Below are positions 1-13,190 of a DNA stretch of 64,000 nt, in pieces. The DNA comes from Marsupella aquatica. Its lineage: Eukaryota > Plantae > Marchantiophyta. Position 1 is the stretch's first letter. Each line of letters opens with the position of its first letter. The stretch spans positions 186,001 to 250,000 of the forward strand of contig OZ316899.1 in assembly GCA_973895155.1 (NCBI GenBank), read 5' to 3'. Below the pieces are notes generated by a model. That model made no database searches. It saw nothing but the letters and a program-made list of their open reading frames with translations, and was not told where the DNA came from. The position numbers and the translations under genes were made by a program.

Positions 1-1
1 T

Positions 2-3000
2 CAACCCACGGCCCGAGCTATCAGATTAGCAAACGGGGCAAGGGTCCTCCCATTAGGCACGCTCACACGAGTGCTCACTCTGGTGGGAGGGGTAGAGTTC
101 TATCTCAACTTCTTAGTCATGAGGCCGGTTCGTCCCTCCTCTTATCCGGTTCTTCTGGGCAGGCCGTGGTTGTACGGTGGCCGCGTAGTCACGGATTGGG
201 GAAAGAAGGAGCTACGGTTTGGGGAACCCACCGTACGGGTATCCTGGGCAATGGACGATTATCAGGGAGAAACCCCACAAGGACCCGAGGAATATGATTC
301 GGAGACCTCGGAGGAAGAGGAACTCAATATGATCGAACTCATCTCGTCCCTATCCGAGGAAGATGTCTTCGGAGTTGAAGCAACCCGAGAAACACATCTC
401 CTAAATTACCCGAGGGCTGCCATTGAGTCCACCCCAAGCACATCTACTGTCGGGGATGAGGAAACGCACGAACAACTCGTCGAGACGGAGGACACGGCTC
501 CAGCTAAGCAGGGAGCCGAGGCTACTCCTTCCATTTCAGAGCCTCGTAACCATGAACCAGCCCAACAACCGCCTGAGGCCGGAAACTCGAGACCGAGACA
601 TAAAAAGCGAGTCTCATGGGATCCGTCCATTCCGCAATTGGAGGAAGTAAACCCCATCCCGAGACCAATCCCGGTCCCACCCATGTACGGAGGGGTTCGG
701 TTAGCTGAGCTTGACGCGAGCCTGGACCCGAGTCTGCGAAACCAGGTTGAAGTCATCAGGAAGGAGCACTACCGGAAGTACACTATTGGGATGGACAAAT
801 CTTTTAACCTGGGCCAAGCTCTGACGGGGAAGGCTGAAAAATCCATCCAAGCTTTGCTCAAGGAATATGAAGATGTGTTTGCATGGAGTCATCATGATTT
901 AACAGGCGTCTCCCCCGAGTTGGGAGAACACACGATCGATCTGAACCTAGGAGCCCATGCGGTACGACAGCGACAACGTCGCATGAATCCGAGGTACTCC
1001 ATCTTAGTGAAGGAGGAAATTGATCGTCTCCTCGCCACCGATATCATTTACCCGGTAATGGCCAGCGACTGGGTCTCTCCCATTGTCATTGTACCAAAGA
1101 AGGGAGGTACGGATGGAAAACCTAAGATTCGTATCTGTCAGGACTACCGTAAGCTGAATGACGCAACCCGAAAAGACCATTACCCATTACCATTCACGGA
1201 TATGGTTCTAGATATGGTGGCCCGAAATAATCTATACATTTCTTGACGGGTATTCAGGTTATAACCAAATCTGGATTCGTCTCGCGGATCAGCTCAAAAC
1301 AACTTTCACTATGGAGTGGGGGACGTTCGCATTTCGGAGGATGCCTTTTGGTCTGTGTAACGCCCCGGCTATGTTTCAGCGCCTTATGATGAATATCTTC
1401 CACGATTTCCTACGGGAATTTTTGGAGATATTTATCGATGACTTTGCCATCTTCGGAACCGTTGCCATGCACCCCGAACACCTACGACGAACGTTGCAAC
1501 GATGTCGAGATGTTAACCTCAAACTACATCCCGCCAAATGCTTCTTCGGGGTAGAGGAGGGGGTGTTACTCGGGCATCGTGTGTCCAAACGGGGCATTGA
1601 GGTGGACCAAGAGAAAGTTGCGGCCTGGATGGCGGTGGTGTTCCCCTTGGATCAAAAAGCAGTACGATCCTTCTTGGGCTGCGTAGGGTATTACCGCCGG
1701 TTCATTAAAGACTTTGCTAAAATTGCGTTGCCCTTAACTGAGATGATGAAGAAGGACGCAGCGGTCGAGGAGACACCCCGAAGACGGATTGCTTTTGAGG
1801 AACTCCGTAAACGACTCACCACCGCGCCTATCATGGTCACCCCAGACTGGAATAAGGAGTTCCACGTGTATGTCGATGTGTCAGGGTTCTGTATCGGATC
1901 CGTACTTAGTCAGCTAGATGAGGATGGACGTGATCACCCCATCTATTTCGCTAGCCGTCAACTATTTGCAGCCGAAAAGAATTATTCCCCCACTGATCGA
2001 GAAGCTTTGGGAATAATCTACTCGTGTAAAAAGTTCCAACACTATCTGCTAGGCTACAAGGTCATTTTCCACACGGATCATGATAGCCTGAAGTACATGG
2101 TCAACAAAGCGGATATGACAGGACGGATAGCCCGGTGGGTGCTACTTCTCCAGGAATTTAATTACGAAGTTCGGGTTCGGCCAGGAAGGGTACACCTCAA
2201 TGCCGATTTCTTTTCACGACTGGACGGCGTACCAGTCGATCAGCCAATTGATGATATTTTTCCGGATGAGGAGTTGTTCCACGTGGGGGAAGGGACACCA
2301 ACGTGGTACGGCTCAATAATCACCTTCCTTTTAACGGGCCGCATCCCTGACGGCATCAATCAGGAGGCCGCCGCTGTGTTTTTACGGAAAGCCGGGCCTT
2401 ACGTCATGATACAGGGTCACCTACATAAGGAAGGTATTAACGGAAAGTTACGACGCTGCTTAGAGTATAAGGAGACACTTATTGTGATACGGGCCCTGCA
2501 TGAAGAAGAAGCTGGAGGCCATTTCGCGGCAGTTACGACAGCCCGAAAGATTCTGGACTCGGGGTATTGGTGGCCTACGTTGCATCGAGATGTACAGCGC
2601 TTCATTAAGGGCTGTGACTTGTGTCAGTGAGCGGGGGCCCCGAGGCGGGCTCATCATCACCCGCTCACATCTGTGCTTCCATTGGCACCATTCGAAAAAT
2701 GGGGAATTGATTATATCGGGCCGTTCACTCCCGTTACCCGAAGGCGAAGGTGAAGGTACATCCTATTAGCTATTGATTACTCCACCAAATGGGTCGAAGC
2801 GCGGGCTACGGTAAAGGATGACGCTGCAACCAGTGCCAGATTCTTATACGAACAGATTTTCACCCGATTCGGACCGCCCTTAGAATTGGTAAGCGACCGT
2901 GGAACCCACTTCCTCAATGACACCATAGCCCAGCTTACGGAGCGTTACCTAGTCAAGCACCGCAAGACTACCCCATATCATCCTAAAGCCAACGGGATGG

Positions 3001-3644
3001 CGGAGAGAGCAAATGGTATCATTGGGAAGATCCTCAACAAAACTGTAGCTGCGCACAAAACGGATTGGGATGATAAGTTGTACGCAGCGGTGTACTCGTA
3101 TAATCTAGCTTACAAAACTACTACGAGTCACAGCCCGTACTTTCTGGTGTTCGGCCAACATTCGTTGGTGCCCGTCGAATTTGAAGTGCACACTCCACGG
3201 GTCAGCATTCGGGATCGCTTACCTGAATCTGAAAGTCTGTCAGACCGAGCTTATCAGATTGAAGCCTTGGAAGAAGCACGGCTACTGGCAGCTCGACACA
3301 CCGTGAAGAAACAGGCAACTTCGAAGAAGCAGCACGACAAAGGACTACGGAGGGTCGACGTCGTGGCAGGCGATCTAGTCCTTCTGTACGATAGTAGGTA
3401 CATGCAGTTTCCAGGGAAGCTGCATACCCGGTGGTTGGGGCCCTTCCTTGTCAATCAGATCTACCGAAACGGATCTTTGGAGCTTGCGACGTATGCCGGC
3501 GATTTACTCCCCATGCGAATCAGCTACGATCGTGTAAAAAAGTACCACCATCAAGATGACGACGCCGATAGCGATGTTCGCGAGGACGCTTCACAATTAA
3601 GCAGGGAGCTATGTGACGCCGCCGGTACGGCGGTTAATGAGTGA
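2..3644 (+). pseudogene. pol: gypsy pol (protease C-terminal half, RT, RNase H, integrase with HHCC, DDE and GPY/F module), disrupted
   Basis: Motifs: IRLANG...LLGRPWL (PR); WVSPIVIVPKK, ICQDYRKLN, MPFGLCNAP, FIDDF (RT); DVSGFCIG, EALGII, TDH (RNase H); H..GGH..CDLC, WGIDYIG, SDRGTHF, NGMAERAN (IN); WLGPF. There is one frameshift near 1237 (tac-a-ttt-ctt-gac-ggg restores FLDGYSGYNQI) and two in-frame TGA stops (2628-2630 and ~2751). Confidence 0.95.
3594..3611 (+). other. candidate polypurine tract
   Basis: Purine-rich aagcagggag lies immediately 5' of the LTR start. It is short and imperfect. Confidence 0.45.
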
Positions 3645-3969
3645 TTCAGTCTAACTGTGCTCGGCACGCGCGTTAGGTGGGTCTTAGGCCGCTATTATTA
3701 GCATAACGACAGTATTTAGATAATCATTAGGGGTAGGACATCATTAGGCAATAAGGGGGACTTCAGGTTCGGGCTGGCGGCGGGTCGCTATTCGCACACC
3801 CGGGTTACGAGCGTGGAAGGGCCCCTCCCTCGGGTCCGTATAACGAACTTAAGGAAGCGGCCACTGACGCACGCTAACTCAGACCGGCGGAGTGGCCGGT
3901 ACACCACAAGCGTGAGCGGTTCAGCCTATGGGCGTCGAGGAGACGTCGGGGATCGACAAGCCCTCAAAG

Positions 3970-3977
3970 TATAAAAG
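3970..3977 (+). promoter_or_regulatory. TATA box of LTR-A
   Basis: TATAAAAG about 100 bp upstream of the LTR-internal ATG (4078), conserved in the second copy (36482-36489). Confidence 0.6.
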
Positions 3978-4077
3978 GGGAGCCAACCCTTTGTAGTGCA
4001 CCAGTCCATCAGTCCGCGCGCCAGCTTCGACCCCAGCTCTCTCGTTCTCTCTAGGTCGCCACTACTATCTCCTCTGA

Positions 4078-6720
4078 ATGTCGCACACGATCCTCTCCAG
4101 CTCGGCCATTCGATTCTGGACGCAGTTCCTATCTACCGGAAGGCACTTGGCCGATTCATTGAAACACGCCAACCCGCGCCGATACGAAATCGAACGCGAA
4201 TACGAGAGAGCCATCCGCCTAGCAGGACGACACCACTACGTCCTTAACTTTGACTACCCGTCTCAGAGCGAGCTTTACCGACCAGCAGAGGTATCTGGGT
4301 ACTTCTTCAACGAAGACAAATATATCGGGTTCTGGGAAGCATTGCTTCGGCTTCCGGACGAGGTCTTCAATATCCCGGGTACAATCGACCTGCAGCGACA
4401 TCACTTCGACCACATCCCTGCCCGGGTTCGGGCTGTCATTAACGGCGAGTCCAATACCAACCGTTCGACAAGAGCGTCCGCACTCGCTTCGGAGAACTTC
4501 TACCAGCACCTGCAGAGCTTCATGGGAACTCGGCCATCAACCAACATGACCAACTCAGCCGGGCCCGTACCCGTACCCGTGCCCATGCAACCTCAGGCTC
4601 AGCTTCAGCTTCAGCCTCAGCCGCAGCCTAGCCAAACCCCACCACCTATCACCCAGCCAGCACAGGTACGCTCCGTCATCAACGCTGTGGATCTTAGCGA
4701 TGACGACGAGGCTACCCCACCCTTGACCAGGCGGCCCAGAGGAACAAGCGCTCGGGGGGCCGACACTATATCGTCCCCACCCCCTTCTCTGACCCCAGGA
4801 GCGGCCCCAGTAGACAACATGGTGACCGTGGCCGCCCCGGGCCCGTTACCAACCGCAGTGGCACTCCCCAGGCCCGATCGGGAGGATGGGGAAGTATCAC
4901 CTTCCCCGAGTCAGTCACCGGGAAAGAAGAGGAAGGAATCCGCCACTACATCCGGGTTACCGTTGGCCACGGTAGCCGTAGCCAAGGTGACGATGCACCG
5001 CATGGGGGAAAACGTTCACAGCAACATCCTCCATCCCAAGCATGCGGTGTACCTGAAGACTCAGGGATTTGAGCACCTCACCTCTCTCCCCTGGAACACT
5101 TGCAGGTACTACGGGGAGGACATGACAGAATTCGTCAAGAATTATGACGACGTACGTCAATAGACTCGGCTGCGGGGAAGGAATATGTCCCTCACAGAAG
5201 AACGGCTCAAGATGATCTTTGGGTTACCCGAAGGTGACCATCGAGTCGAATCACGGGCTCCCGGGGGCAAGGGGACCAAGTACCAATCTTCAAGTTTTCC
5301 CTCAGAGGGAGTAGTAGACAACGGGTTCGTGATGAGGACCTGCCTCATGCCCGAGATAGCTGAGCGGCTGGAGTTCCAAAGGTACGCTCTCCACATGATG
5401 GAACCCCGAGGGGAGATCTCCGCCACCCAGGTTATCCAGGTCGAGAACTATCGACCTAGGAAATGGGCGTCGTACTTCGCTAAGAAATTCCATGAAGAGA
5501 TGGAGCGGCGAAGGAAGACGTTGTACATTGGCGGGAAGGCGTATTTCGCTAGCCACATCGAAATCATTCTTGAGTGGTACGCTCGGTTTGATCGACGAAC
5601 CCTTCCCCGCATCAACGTTACAAAGCTGGTTCCAGCTAGGTGGGTTTTTCCGGCATTGGAGAGACGGCCCCAACCTGAGGCCCGAAGTCCAGTGGACACG
5701 CCAGCTTCACCCACCCCACCTCCACAAATAGCTGTAACCGTAACCGAGGAGGCGCCGGAGGGGTCGGTCGTTGCAACCGTTGATGCGACCCAACTAGCCG
5801 GGCTAAGTACAGAAGTTGGTATGGCAGAGGTCTTACCCGAACCCGGGTCTCCCAAGGACCCGCCGGTGGCAATTCTGGAGAACCGGACATCGCTGCAGGA
5901 GGACACTCCAGCCCCTTCCAACGTTATGTCCCCAGGGCTAGACGTCACTGCCCCGGCCCCTGCGCGTGTTGACGTCTGCCCGTGCCCAAATCCGGACAGG
6001 CACAACTTGGACCACCCGGAACTCTTCGTACAGGGTACGTTCCTGAACGGGCTTCTGGGAGATTTCTCTCATCAAATTGCCCGGGATACCGGGGAGTTCA
6101 TGGCCCGGAAGGTAGCCTGTTTCTTCAATCAGGAGTTGGTTGCCGCCGTAAAGGCAGGTCGGGCCGAGTCGGAGGCCCTTCAGAGGATAGAGCGGTACCG
6201 GGTGGAGTCCGTGTACCTAAAGAACAAAGTGGCGGCTCAAGAGGCTGAGCTTCTGGCACTACGACCCAAGGTTGCAGCCGCCGATGAGTTGTTAGCAAAG
6301 GCGTACGCTCTTACCGCCCTAGCCGAACAGGCCAAAGCTGGGAACGAGGCCAAGATTACACGACTCCGGAACCAGATTGACAGTTTGAAGAAACAAGCTG
6401 TCACCTGGCAGAAAGACCTGGAGGAGGTCGAGGAACGAGCCCAGCGGGACACGGCGGAGATAGCCACGCTGCAGGCCGAGATGGCGCGGCTCCAAACCGA
6501 GGCCGAGAAGCAGGACCAGCTGGCGGGTAAACTGACGAGCGACGCCCAGCAGCTGGAGGAGGCATGTCAGGAGGCAGTAGAGGAGACGGACGTGGCGAGG
6601 CGAGAGAACGAATCTCTGCTGGACCAGGTCCAGCTCCTCAAAGCGGACAATGACAGGCTTCGAAGGCAGCGGGATGGCCGTTCCCATTCGAGCGGCTCTG
6701 GCAAGCGTGCCAGGCATTAG
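4078..6720 (+). pseudogene. LTR-internal ORF (~880 aa): N-terminal domain, P/Q-rich linker, plant retroelement accessory domain (Transposase_32/PMD-like), C-terminal coiled coil; one premature stop
   Basis: ORFs 4078-5163 and 5185-6720 are in the same frame, separated only by TAG at 5161-5163, which reads CAT in the other copy. Core motif YLKTQGFEHLTSLPW...EFVKNYD...LRG..MSLTEERL..IFGLPEG...LEFQRYALH; the C-terminus is heptad-rich. Confidence 0.85.
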
Positions 6721-8055
6721 CGGCGGAGTAGGAATAGATTAGGATTAGGATTGGCTTAGTCAGGCTCTTGGGACAGGCACCTGCCTTAGGTACAACAGCG
6801 CTGCCCTGCTGTCCAGCCTGCGTAGATTAGGATCTTCTAATAAGACACAGCCGTTTTCCGGCCTGACTGTCAGCTTAGTTAGGACCTTAGTCAGCGAATC
6901 TTCGGCGAGAGGACACCCCGTCCCTCGGCTCTTAGTATTTAGTGTACCCCTCGGTAGAGGCAGGGGGGTTTTTAGTTTCAGAGTCGGACATCCGCGGGAT
7001 ATGCGGGGAGTCCCGACCTCTGGGAATGACAGAGTACCAAGGGGAGGGGGTAGGACTAAGCTCGTCGGGCGAGTGCGGAGCCGGGCTCCGTTGTAGTGTG
7101 CACCCTCGGCCTTGAACCTGTTCATTCCAGGGCTGTCGGGTCAACTAAGTGTACGCATATGTTCCCTTTGTAGTAAAATCCTTTCCCATCATTTTCCTTC
7201 GTGTAAATCGAGATTGTATGCATGTGTGCGCATATGTGTGTGGGTTTCTCATATATGGGTGGCAGCGCCAGGCCGAACGCACTACCCGAGACGTGCACAG
7301 GGTGCAGCCTGCGGGTAAGTGGTTGCGAGCACGGGTTGAGGACCGGTATCATCGAATCCGGATCGAAGGCGGACAGCACGAAGGCTTAGAAGCCCTTAAG
7401 CCGGGGTCGATCCTGCTATCGACTAAGGTACGTTCCGGCGGCGGAACACAAACCATACCTAGGAGGTGTCCGTATTTAGCAGTATGCGCACTTAGCGCTA
7501 GTTTACGAGAATAAGGTGCATTACGTGCTTCCCTTCCTGCCCGAACCCTCAGGTTTACGAGGGATGTGCCCGTCTAAGCTGAAGTCTGAGTTAAGGCCAA
7601 AGCCTACGATGTGACACTGTGGCTTTGTTACTTTTTGTGTTCCGACACTTTGCATCCTTTTTTAGTAAAGTAGTTGATTTTTGTCAAATTTTGAAGAGAG
7701 AGTGGGTGAGAGAGACAGAAACAGACGTGGGATTGCATTGCGACACTGGGCAGGCAGATAGGCCAAAGGAATTGACAATAATCTGACAACCCTGCATCAC
7801 CGATGCCTTGGAACTAGCACAGAATGAGGCGTTGGCAACTACCTCTACGTAGCCCACCCATGCTCCAAGAAATCTCAGTTGCCCTTTCCCTCATAGGATG
7901 AGCTGGATGTCACGACTCCAAGGTTCCACTACATCTAACAGAGCATCTTTAGTGTCATTACCACTACATCTGTGTTCCTTGGGGTGATCAGATCTAGTGT
8001 CTTGAGTCAAGCATTTTCCGCCTGTTGTTGATAGTGGGACTCAACAGAGCTCAAT

Positions 8056-8161
8056 CTTACTTAGAATATCCAGAATCATCTCCACCATTACCTCCCCATG
8101 GCACACCTTACTTAGAATATCCAGAATCATCTCCACCATTACCTCCCCGTGGCACACCTTA
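8056..8161. repeat. 51-bp tandem duplication (x2)
   Basis: cttacttagaatatccagaatcatctccaccattacctcccc(a/g)tggcacac starts at 8056 and 8107. Confidence 0.9.
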
Positions 8162-8549
8162 TTAAAGCTGCTCTTACCGATCCAGGACTATGACCTTCAC
8201 ATTTGTCACTTTGAGAAAACATCAACTAACAATATATAGGTGTTTGCAGCAACTCTGATATTTGTGGGGGCTAATGAGAGAGAAACCAAAGTCGCAGCAC
8301 ATTTATACATGACCAAGGGGGGCAGAGTCTACACTTGTCACAAGCTCCAGCAGGAGGTCGCTCATGGTTTGGGAGATCATTTAAGATTTGTAATGTTTTA
8401 AGATTTTCAATGCAAGACTTTCACTGCAATGGACAATAGATGTTAAATTAGATGTGACCTTTGTGACGCATTCTTGCCTCTGTGAAAGTATATCGTGCTT
8501 ATTGTCAAGAGATTGTCTCACAAATGTATATCCTTCCTTTTGACTTTTG

Positions 8550-8655
8550 TTGTGCCAAAGACTTTTACTGTGCCGAAGACGAAAACGAAGTTGTGCCAAA
8601 GACGAAGCTGTGATGAAGACCAAGCTGTGACGAAGACCAAGCTGTGCCGAAGACA
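8550..8655. repeat. ~17-bp minisatellite (aagctgtgncgaagacc-like, about 6 degenerate units)
   Basis: Repeated tgtgccaaagac / tgtgccgaagac / tgtgatgaagac / tgtgacgaagac. Confidence 0.75.
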
Positions 8656-11600
8656 AAACTGCGTTGAATTAAAGATCAACAACGAATTTCCAGGAGGTGA
8701 GTACACCATGTCGCGAATTGTAACCACTAGAACATAAATGTGAAGTACACGGCTTATATAATGAACAAGTCTGCATCACGACAGTGCTTGTAAACGTTTT
8801 TCACTAGCATTGCGCACCCTCATGGCTGCATGCCATTGCATTTATGCCCCGGCCCAGATGCACGCAGTCTGGTTGATCTAGTAATGCATTTACGCCCCGG
8901 CCCAGACTCCACTATAGCCAGCAGCCCATGTTCAACCATAACTACGACATCTGGTCAGCTTGGTTAAGCTTTATTCACTATGATCCAGACCTGTGGATTT
9001 TCTTTCCACACCGAGGCAAATTTAAGCAAGTGGACATTTCAATATCACCCACATCCCTAGCCAACCACGTTTTCTCTATTGCTTTCCTGAATGCATGGCC
9101 GAGAATAAAAGGAACATAGACGTCGCATGGTATCTAAACTTTAGTGTGCACGAGTTTTAGAGTGACGTTTTGGCTTACTGTCATATTCCAGATGGGATGT
9201 GCATTCAAGCTACTATAGTTTCAGAGTTGTTCTGCAATGGTATAACGCTATCATGTGGACAACTTTCTGGAAATTCTAAAGTATTGGAAGTTAGCATCCT
9301 TCTGGTTTTCAATGGTTTCTCCCCGTTGTGCCGATTGTTCAGTTGAAGCTGACAAAAATTTTATCCTCTCTCCCTGCGTAGCTAATTTTTGGGTGTTGTC
9401 GAGGAAGTGCTGCATCTGGAAAAGAAGTCTTGCGAATCTTGATTGACTACTTTAGTGTCTGCTACGACCCATTATCGATCCCATGGTCGGCGAAAGCCTG
9501 TCTGAAATCATGCGTAATTAATGAAGCCAATCAGATTGGCACTGAGCAATCGAATACTCCAATTTGGGCAGAGTTCGGCTTCGAGACTGTACCCAAACTA
9601 GCTTGCTGAGCCAGATGCTGAACTACTCCACGCCCAATCCAACTCGGCCCCGATGCCAATAGTACTACACATGCTATCGCATCATACCTAGCATGAAGTC
9701 TACACATCCTATCGCATCATACCTAGCATGAAGTCAGCTGATCAGATTGTACACTACACTGTTGGTCAGGGCTCAAATGCGAAAGCGTTATTCCTGCTAC
9801 TGGGGCCTACAGCAGCCTTAGCTCTCGCAGCAGATTAACAAAATATGCAGCAGCCGGGGCTGGGGCCAGAGTTGCAGGTCCAACCCCTCCAGTTGTTGAG
9901 GCGCCTACAGATCCTGGTTCATTGGGGTCATTCGGCCCATTACTCCCTTTGTTGCAAATCGACAGGCGCTTCGATATTTTGTTAATCATACCTCAGCGCC
10001 TACCCTTGCCCCATCGCCTCTATCTTAAAGCAAGATGAGCACCCGCATACGACTAATGTCTACCCAACACTCCCCCTTTCTATTTGGCCGCGCCAGCAGC
10101 CAGCCATGCATTTGTAGCAAGGTGCAAATTGGCATGACCAACACGACACAACAGTGTGAAGTATTTCGAGATCAAAATTCTTCTCGAATCTCCAATGTGT
10201 AAATGCGCACTCTATACGGGGCGAAATACTTCTCCTTCAATGTCTGTCTAGGTTGTTTCGAGCTGCTGCAGTTGTACTCTTCCCTATAAGCTGTGCTCTT
10301 GTCATTGGAAATGGAATGTGATTTAGTGAATGCCTTCTGCATATCAGGGCTAGGGATATCTACGATATTTTCTGTAGATGGCAATAGGAAAACATAGGAA
10401 ATGATGGTGGATATGTGCTCCTGTGTCGTAATTGTTTTTGTTTAGCTACAAAATAATGTTCTGGACCTAATTCCGACTTTCTATCCAGTTGACTTGGTTT
10501 ACAAGATGCTACTGGCTTGGTGGTGCATAAGGATCAACGCAATAAACTATCTTCTGCTACAGTTTAGTTCCTGGCCATATCATGATCGTTTATTAAGATT
10601 AATGGAGTCCCTTACCATGTGAGAAAATCAGTCGGTGCTTTCATCTCCACAAGATTTAGAGGTCTGTGTTTCTGAGGTGTTGTCAACACTGTACTGCCAT
10701 AGCAGCCCACTTATCATCCAAGGTTTCAGATTTCAAGCTGCCTGATTTTGGGGATTACTACTCATTGTGAATAAGAGCCTAGACATTTCAGATTAGGTCG
10801 ATCGTGGTCTGCAGAATGCGGTGAAAACTACTTCTCTCCTCGTCTATAACGTTTGTAATCTAAGTTGAATCATTATTACTGGAACTCGGTCACTAGCCAA
10901 TTTCAGAACAACCTTTCGTGGGCGACTTCTTGCAGTATTATTGCAGAGTCTCAATCTGCTCTTCATTGAAATTAAGATGTGGGTATGATTCTTGCCTCAG
11001 CTCCTTGAGAACAGATGATATTGCAGGCTTTGTGAGAAGTATTGTCTAGATTGAATGAATATCTACTACTCCCCTAATTAATTCGATTATACTAGAGGAG
11101 GTGCTGCATTCCGCAGAGAAGTGTTGATGAATACTGTTATTACTGCGCTTGAATAAATGCTTGCTCTCTCCAGTCCCAACGGCAAGGTTTATAATTATCA
11201 GATATTGTCGGCCTCGGTAAAGTCATTGACCTTCCCCCATTGTGAAGAGAAGATGAGTAAATTCTATCCCCACGCTAGCTATGTCCTTATGCTCCTCGCT
11301 CCTCCACTGCGCGCTTAGACTGCTACACGAGTCTTACAAAGCCCGGCCGATGCTGAACAGGGGAATATTTCCCATGCCATAAGGTCAGCTGCGCCACCAC
11401 GTTGATGTTAAAAATGTAATTATGTACACCGTTAAAGAAAGTGTCGATAAGGAACACCTCCCGGAGCCTCCTCCTCCGACTTCCAATCCCCGAATAAGCA
11501 CATGCCCTGCCCTGCCCTGCCCTGCCTAGGACTTCACTCTCGTGTCTCAATCGCAGTCATGAGTTCAGCATCATTGGTAATACCTACTGTGGTCCCCTGT

Positions 11601-12861
11601 GGCGCTGCTCTCCTTTGTATTGCGCGTGGGAAGACCGAAATCTAGCGACATTTTCAAACCATGTATTGTGCAGCCGTTATTAGCAACTCGCATCCTTTGC
11701 TCACAAATTAACTGTCTTTCTCTATCACGCCCACGGTATTGCTGCTGAACTTTGCAATTTCAAACACTTCAATGTAGGCCTCTTTAACTTTCTCTGGGCG
11801 CTTCAAGGAGATGGATTCCAAACAGCCCTCCACCGGGATCTAATCACTGAGACTACACTTCAATGCCTACAACGTCACTACGCGCGCCACGAAGCGAAGG
11901 AAAGGAATGACGGAAAAAATGTGGCAGAGGCTTGCCTCAATTCAGCTCGGAAGCTCTTCACCAACAGCTCAGTCGCACCAACAAATCAAGTTGGCCTACA
12001 CTGTAGTACCTAGGACTTCTGATTGCTGGTCTCATAGCTCGCAAGGTGCACTGTCAAATTCCCATAACGCCACGTTCGACTGGCTCAGCTCCGCTATCAA
12101 GAAGGATGGGCTTAGCCTTCTTGAGGTCGATCCACTTACGGTGACAATTCTCCGAGGAGAGCTCCTGGTCAAACTCTCGAGTGTCGTCCACCTTGAAGGA
12201 ACCGGAGCTAACTCCTTTCCAGCTTCCTTTCTGCAACTGCGCATGGCCAGCCTGCTCTACTTTCAGCTTTCCAGATGCTACTGCGCGTCAGGGAGAGCAC
12301 TCTGGGTTGTGGGTTGGGCAAAGCCTTCCCTCAAATCCACAATAGTTTTGAATCCCTTTCCACCAGCCGGCTTAGCCCTGCCTCACTGATGTCCCCACCT
12401 CGCCAGAAAGCCACATTTTCATCCTTGTAAAGGGATCGTGCACTTTTGGAAGACCGAAGCCTGATGGGTGCAAGATTGGGGATATCAGCGGAACTAGGGA
12501 TTCCCTGGAAAACCAGCATCCAGGCAAGGCAAGGCATTCTTCAGTTTCAGCATCCTTTCCTGAGCTTCCAAGCCTTGCTGAGAATCAAAGGGCAAGAGGG
12601 ATTCCAGAGCCCCCTCTGTTTGATGCTATGGAATGACATCTGATTTTAGGGTCCCTAAACCCTAGTGACATCTATTTGTAGGAAAGAAGTCTTCATTGTT
12701 TACAAACTTGATTCATGCTTGTTTCATAGCAGTCCTTGCATTAATTAAAACATCAATGTGCACTTAGTTAAGAGAACTACTATTGGGGAATAAATGACCT
12801 TGCCATAAGGGTACTCTATTTGGATGGCAGTTTTTACTGCAAAAGTGAGGAGGTCTGGCTG

Positions 12862-13190
12862 GGATGGGACACCTTTTAATGTTCATTGGGTTTGCGCATT
12901 CTTAAGCCATGAATTGCTGACTAGTTTGTTCAAGATGACTCCAAAATTCAATGAATCCAGTATATACTAGATGGACTAGGTCTATGCAACTAGGATGGGA
13001 CACCTTTTAATATTCATTGGGTTTGCGCATTCTTAAGCCATGAATTGCTGACTAGTTTGTTCAAGATGACTCCAAAATTCAATGAATCCAATATATACTA
13101 GATGGACTAGGTCTATGCAACTAGGATGGGACACCTTTTAATATTCATTGGGTTTGCGCTTTCTTAAGCCATGAATTGCTAACTAGTTTG
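12862..13190. repeat. 131-bp tandem repeat, about 2.5 copies
   Basis: ggatgggacaccttttaat... recurs at 12862, 12993 and 13124 with near identity. Confidence 0.92.

Larger units (their letters stand above)
1..7616 (+). mobile_element. Ty3/gypsy LTR retrotransposon, 3' part (pol + 3' LTR); the 5' end lies outside the window
   Basis: Domain order PR-RT-RNaseH-IN is the gypsy order, followed directly by a TG...CA LTR that is duplicated at 36123-40113. The RT core FIDDF and the RNaseH/IN motifs resemble non-chromoviral (Athila/Tat-related) lineages; that lineage call is inference. Confidence 0.95.
3612..7616 (+). repeat. 3' LTR, family A (4005 bp), containing a long ORF
   Basis: Starts TGTGACGC and ends GTGACA. 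Colinear and highly similar to 36123-40113, whose ends are fixed by a 5-bp TSD. Confidence 0.93.

Noticed and set aside
4219-6717. Many 60-185 aa antisense or alternate-frame ORFs over the LTR ORFs (also 33240-36020 and 37252-39323)
   Set aside because: Shadow frames of GC-rich coding sequence. They recur in both copies only because the DNA is duplicated, and carry no motifs.
6760-7514. Short ORFs in the distal part of LTR-A
   Set aside because: Lengths differ between the two LTR copies because of indels, consistent with non-coding sequence.
8056-8165. The 51-bp duplication reads in frame as LEYPESSPPLPP(H/R)GTPY x2
   Set aside because: The frame is closed by stops on both sides, with no convincing start or splice site.
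9100-12650. Coding-looking short frames (e.g. 9807-9989, 11907-12389, 12032-12244)
   Set aside because: No recognisable domain and no consistent exon chain could be built.
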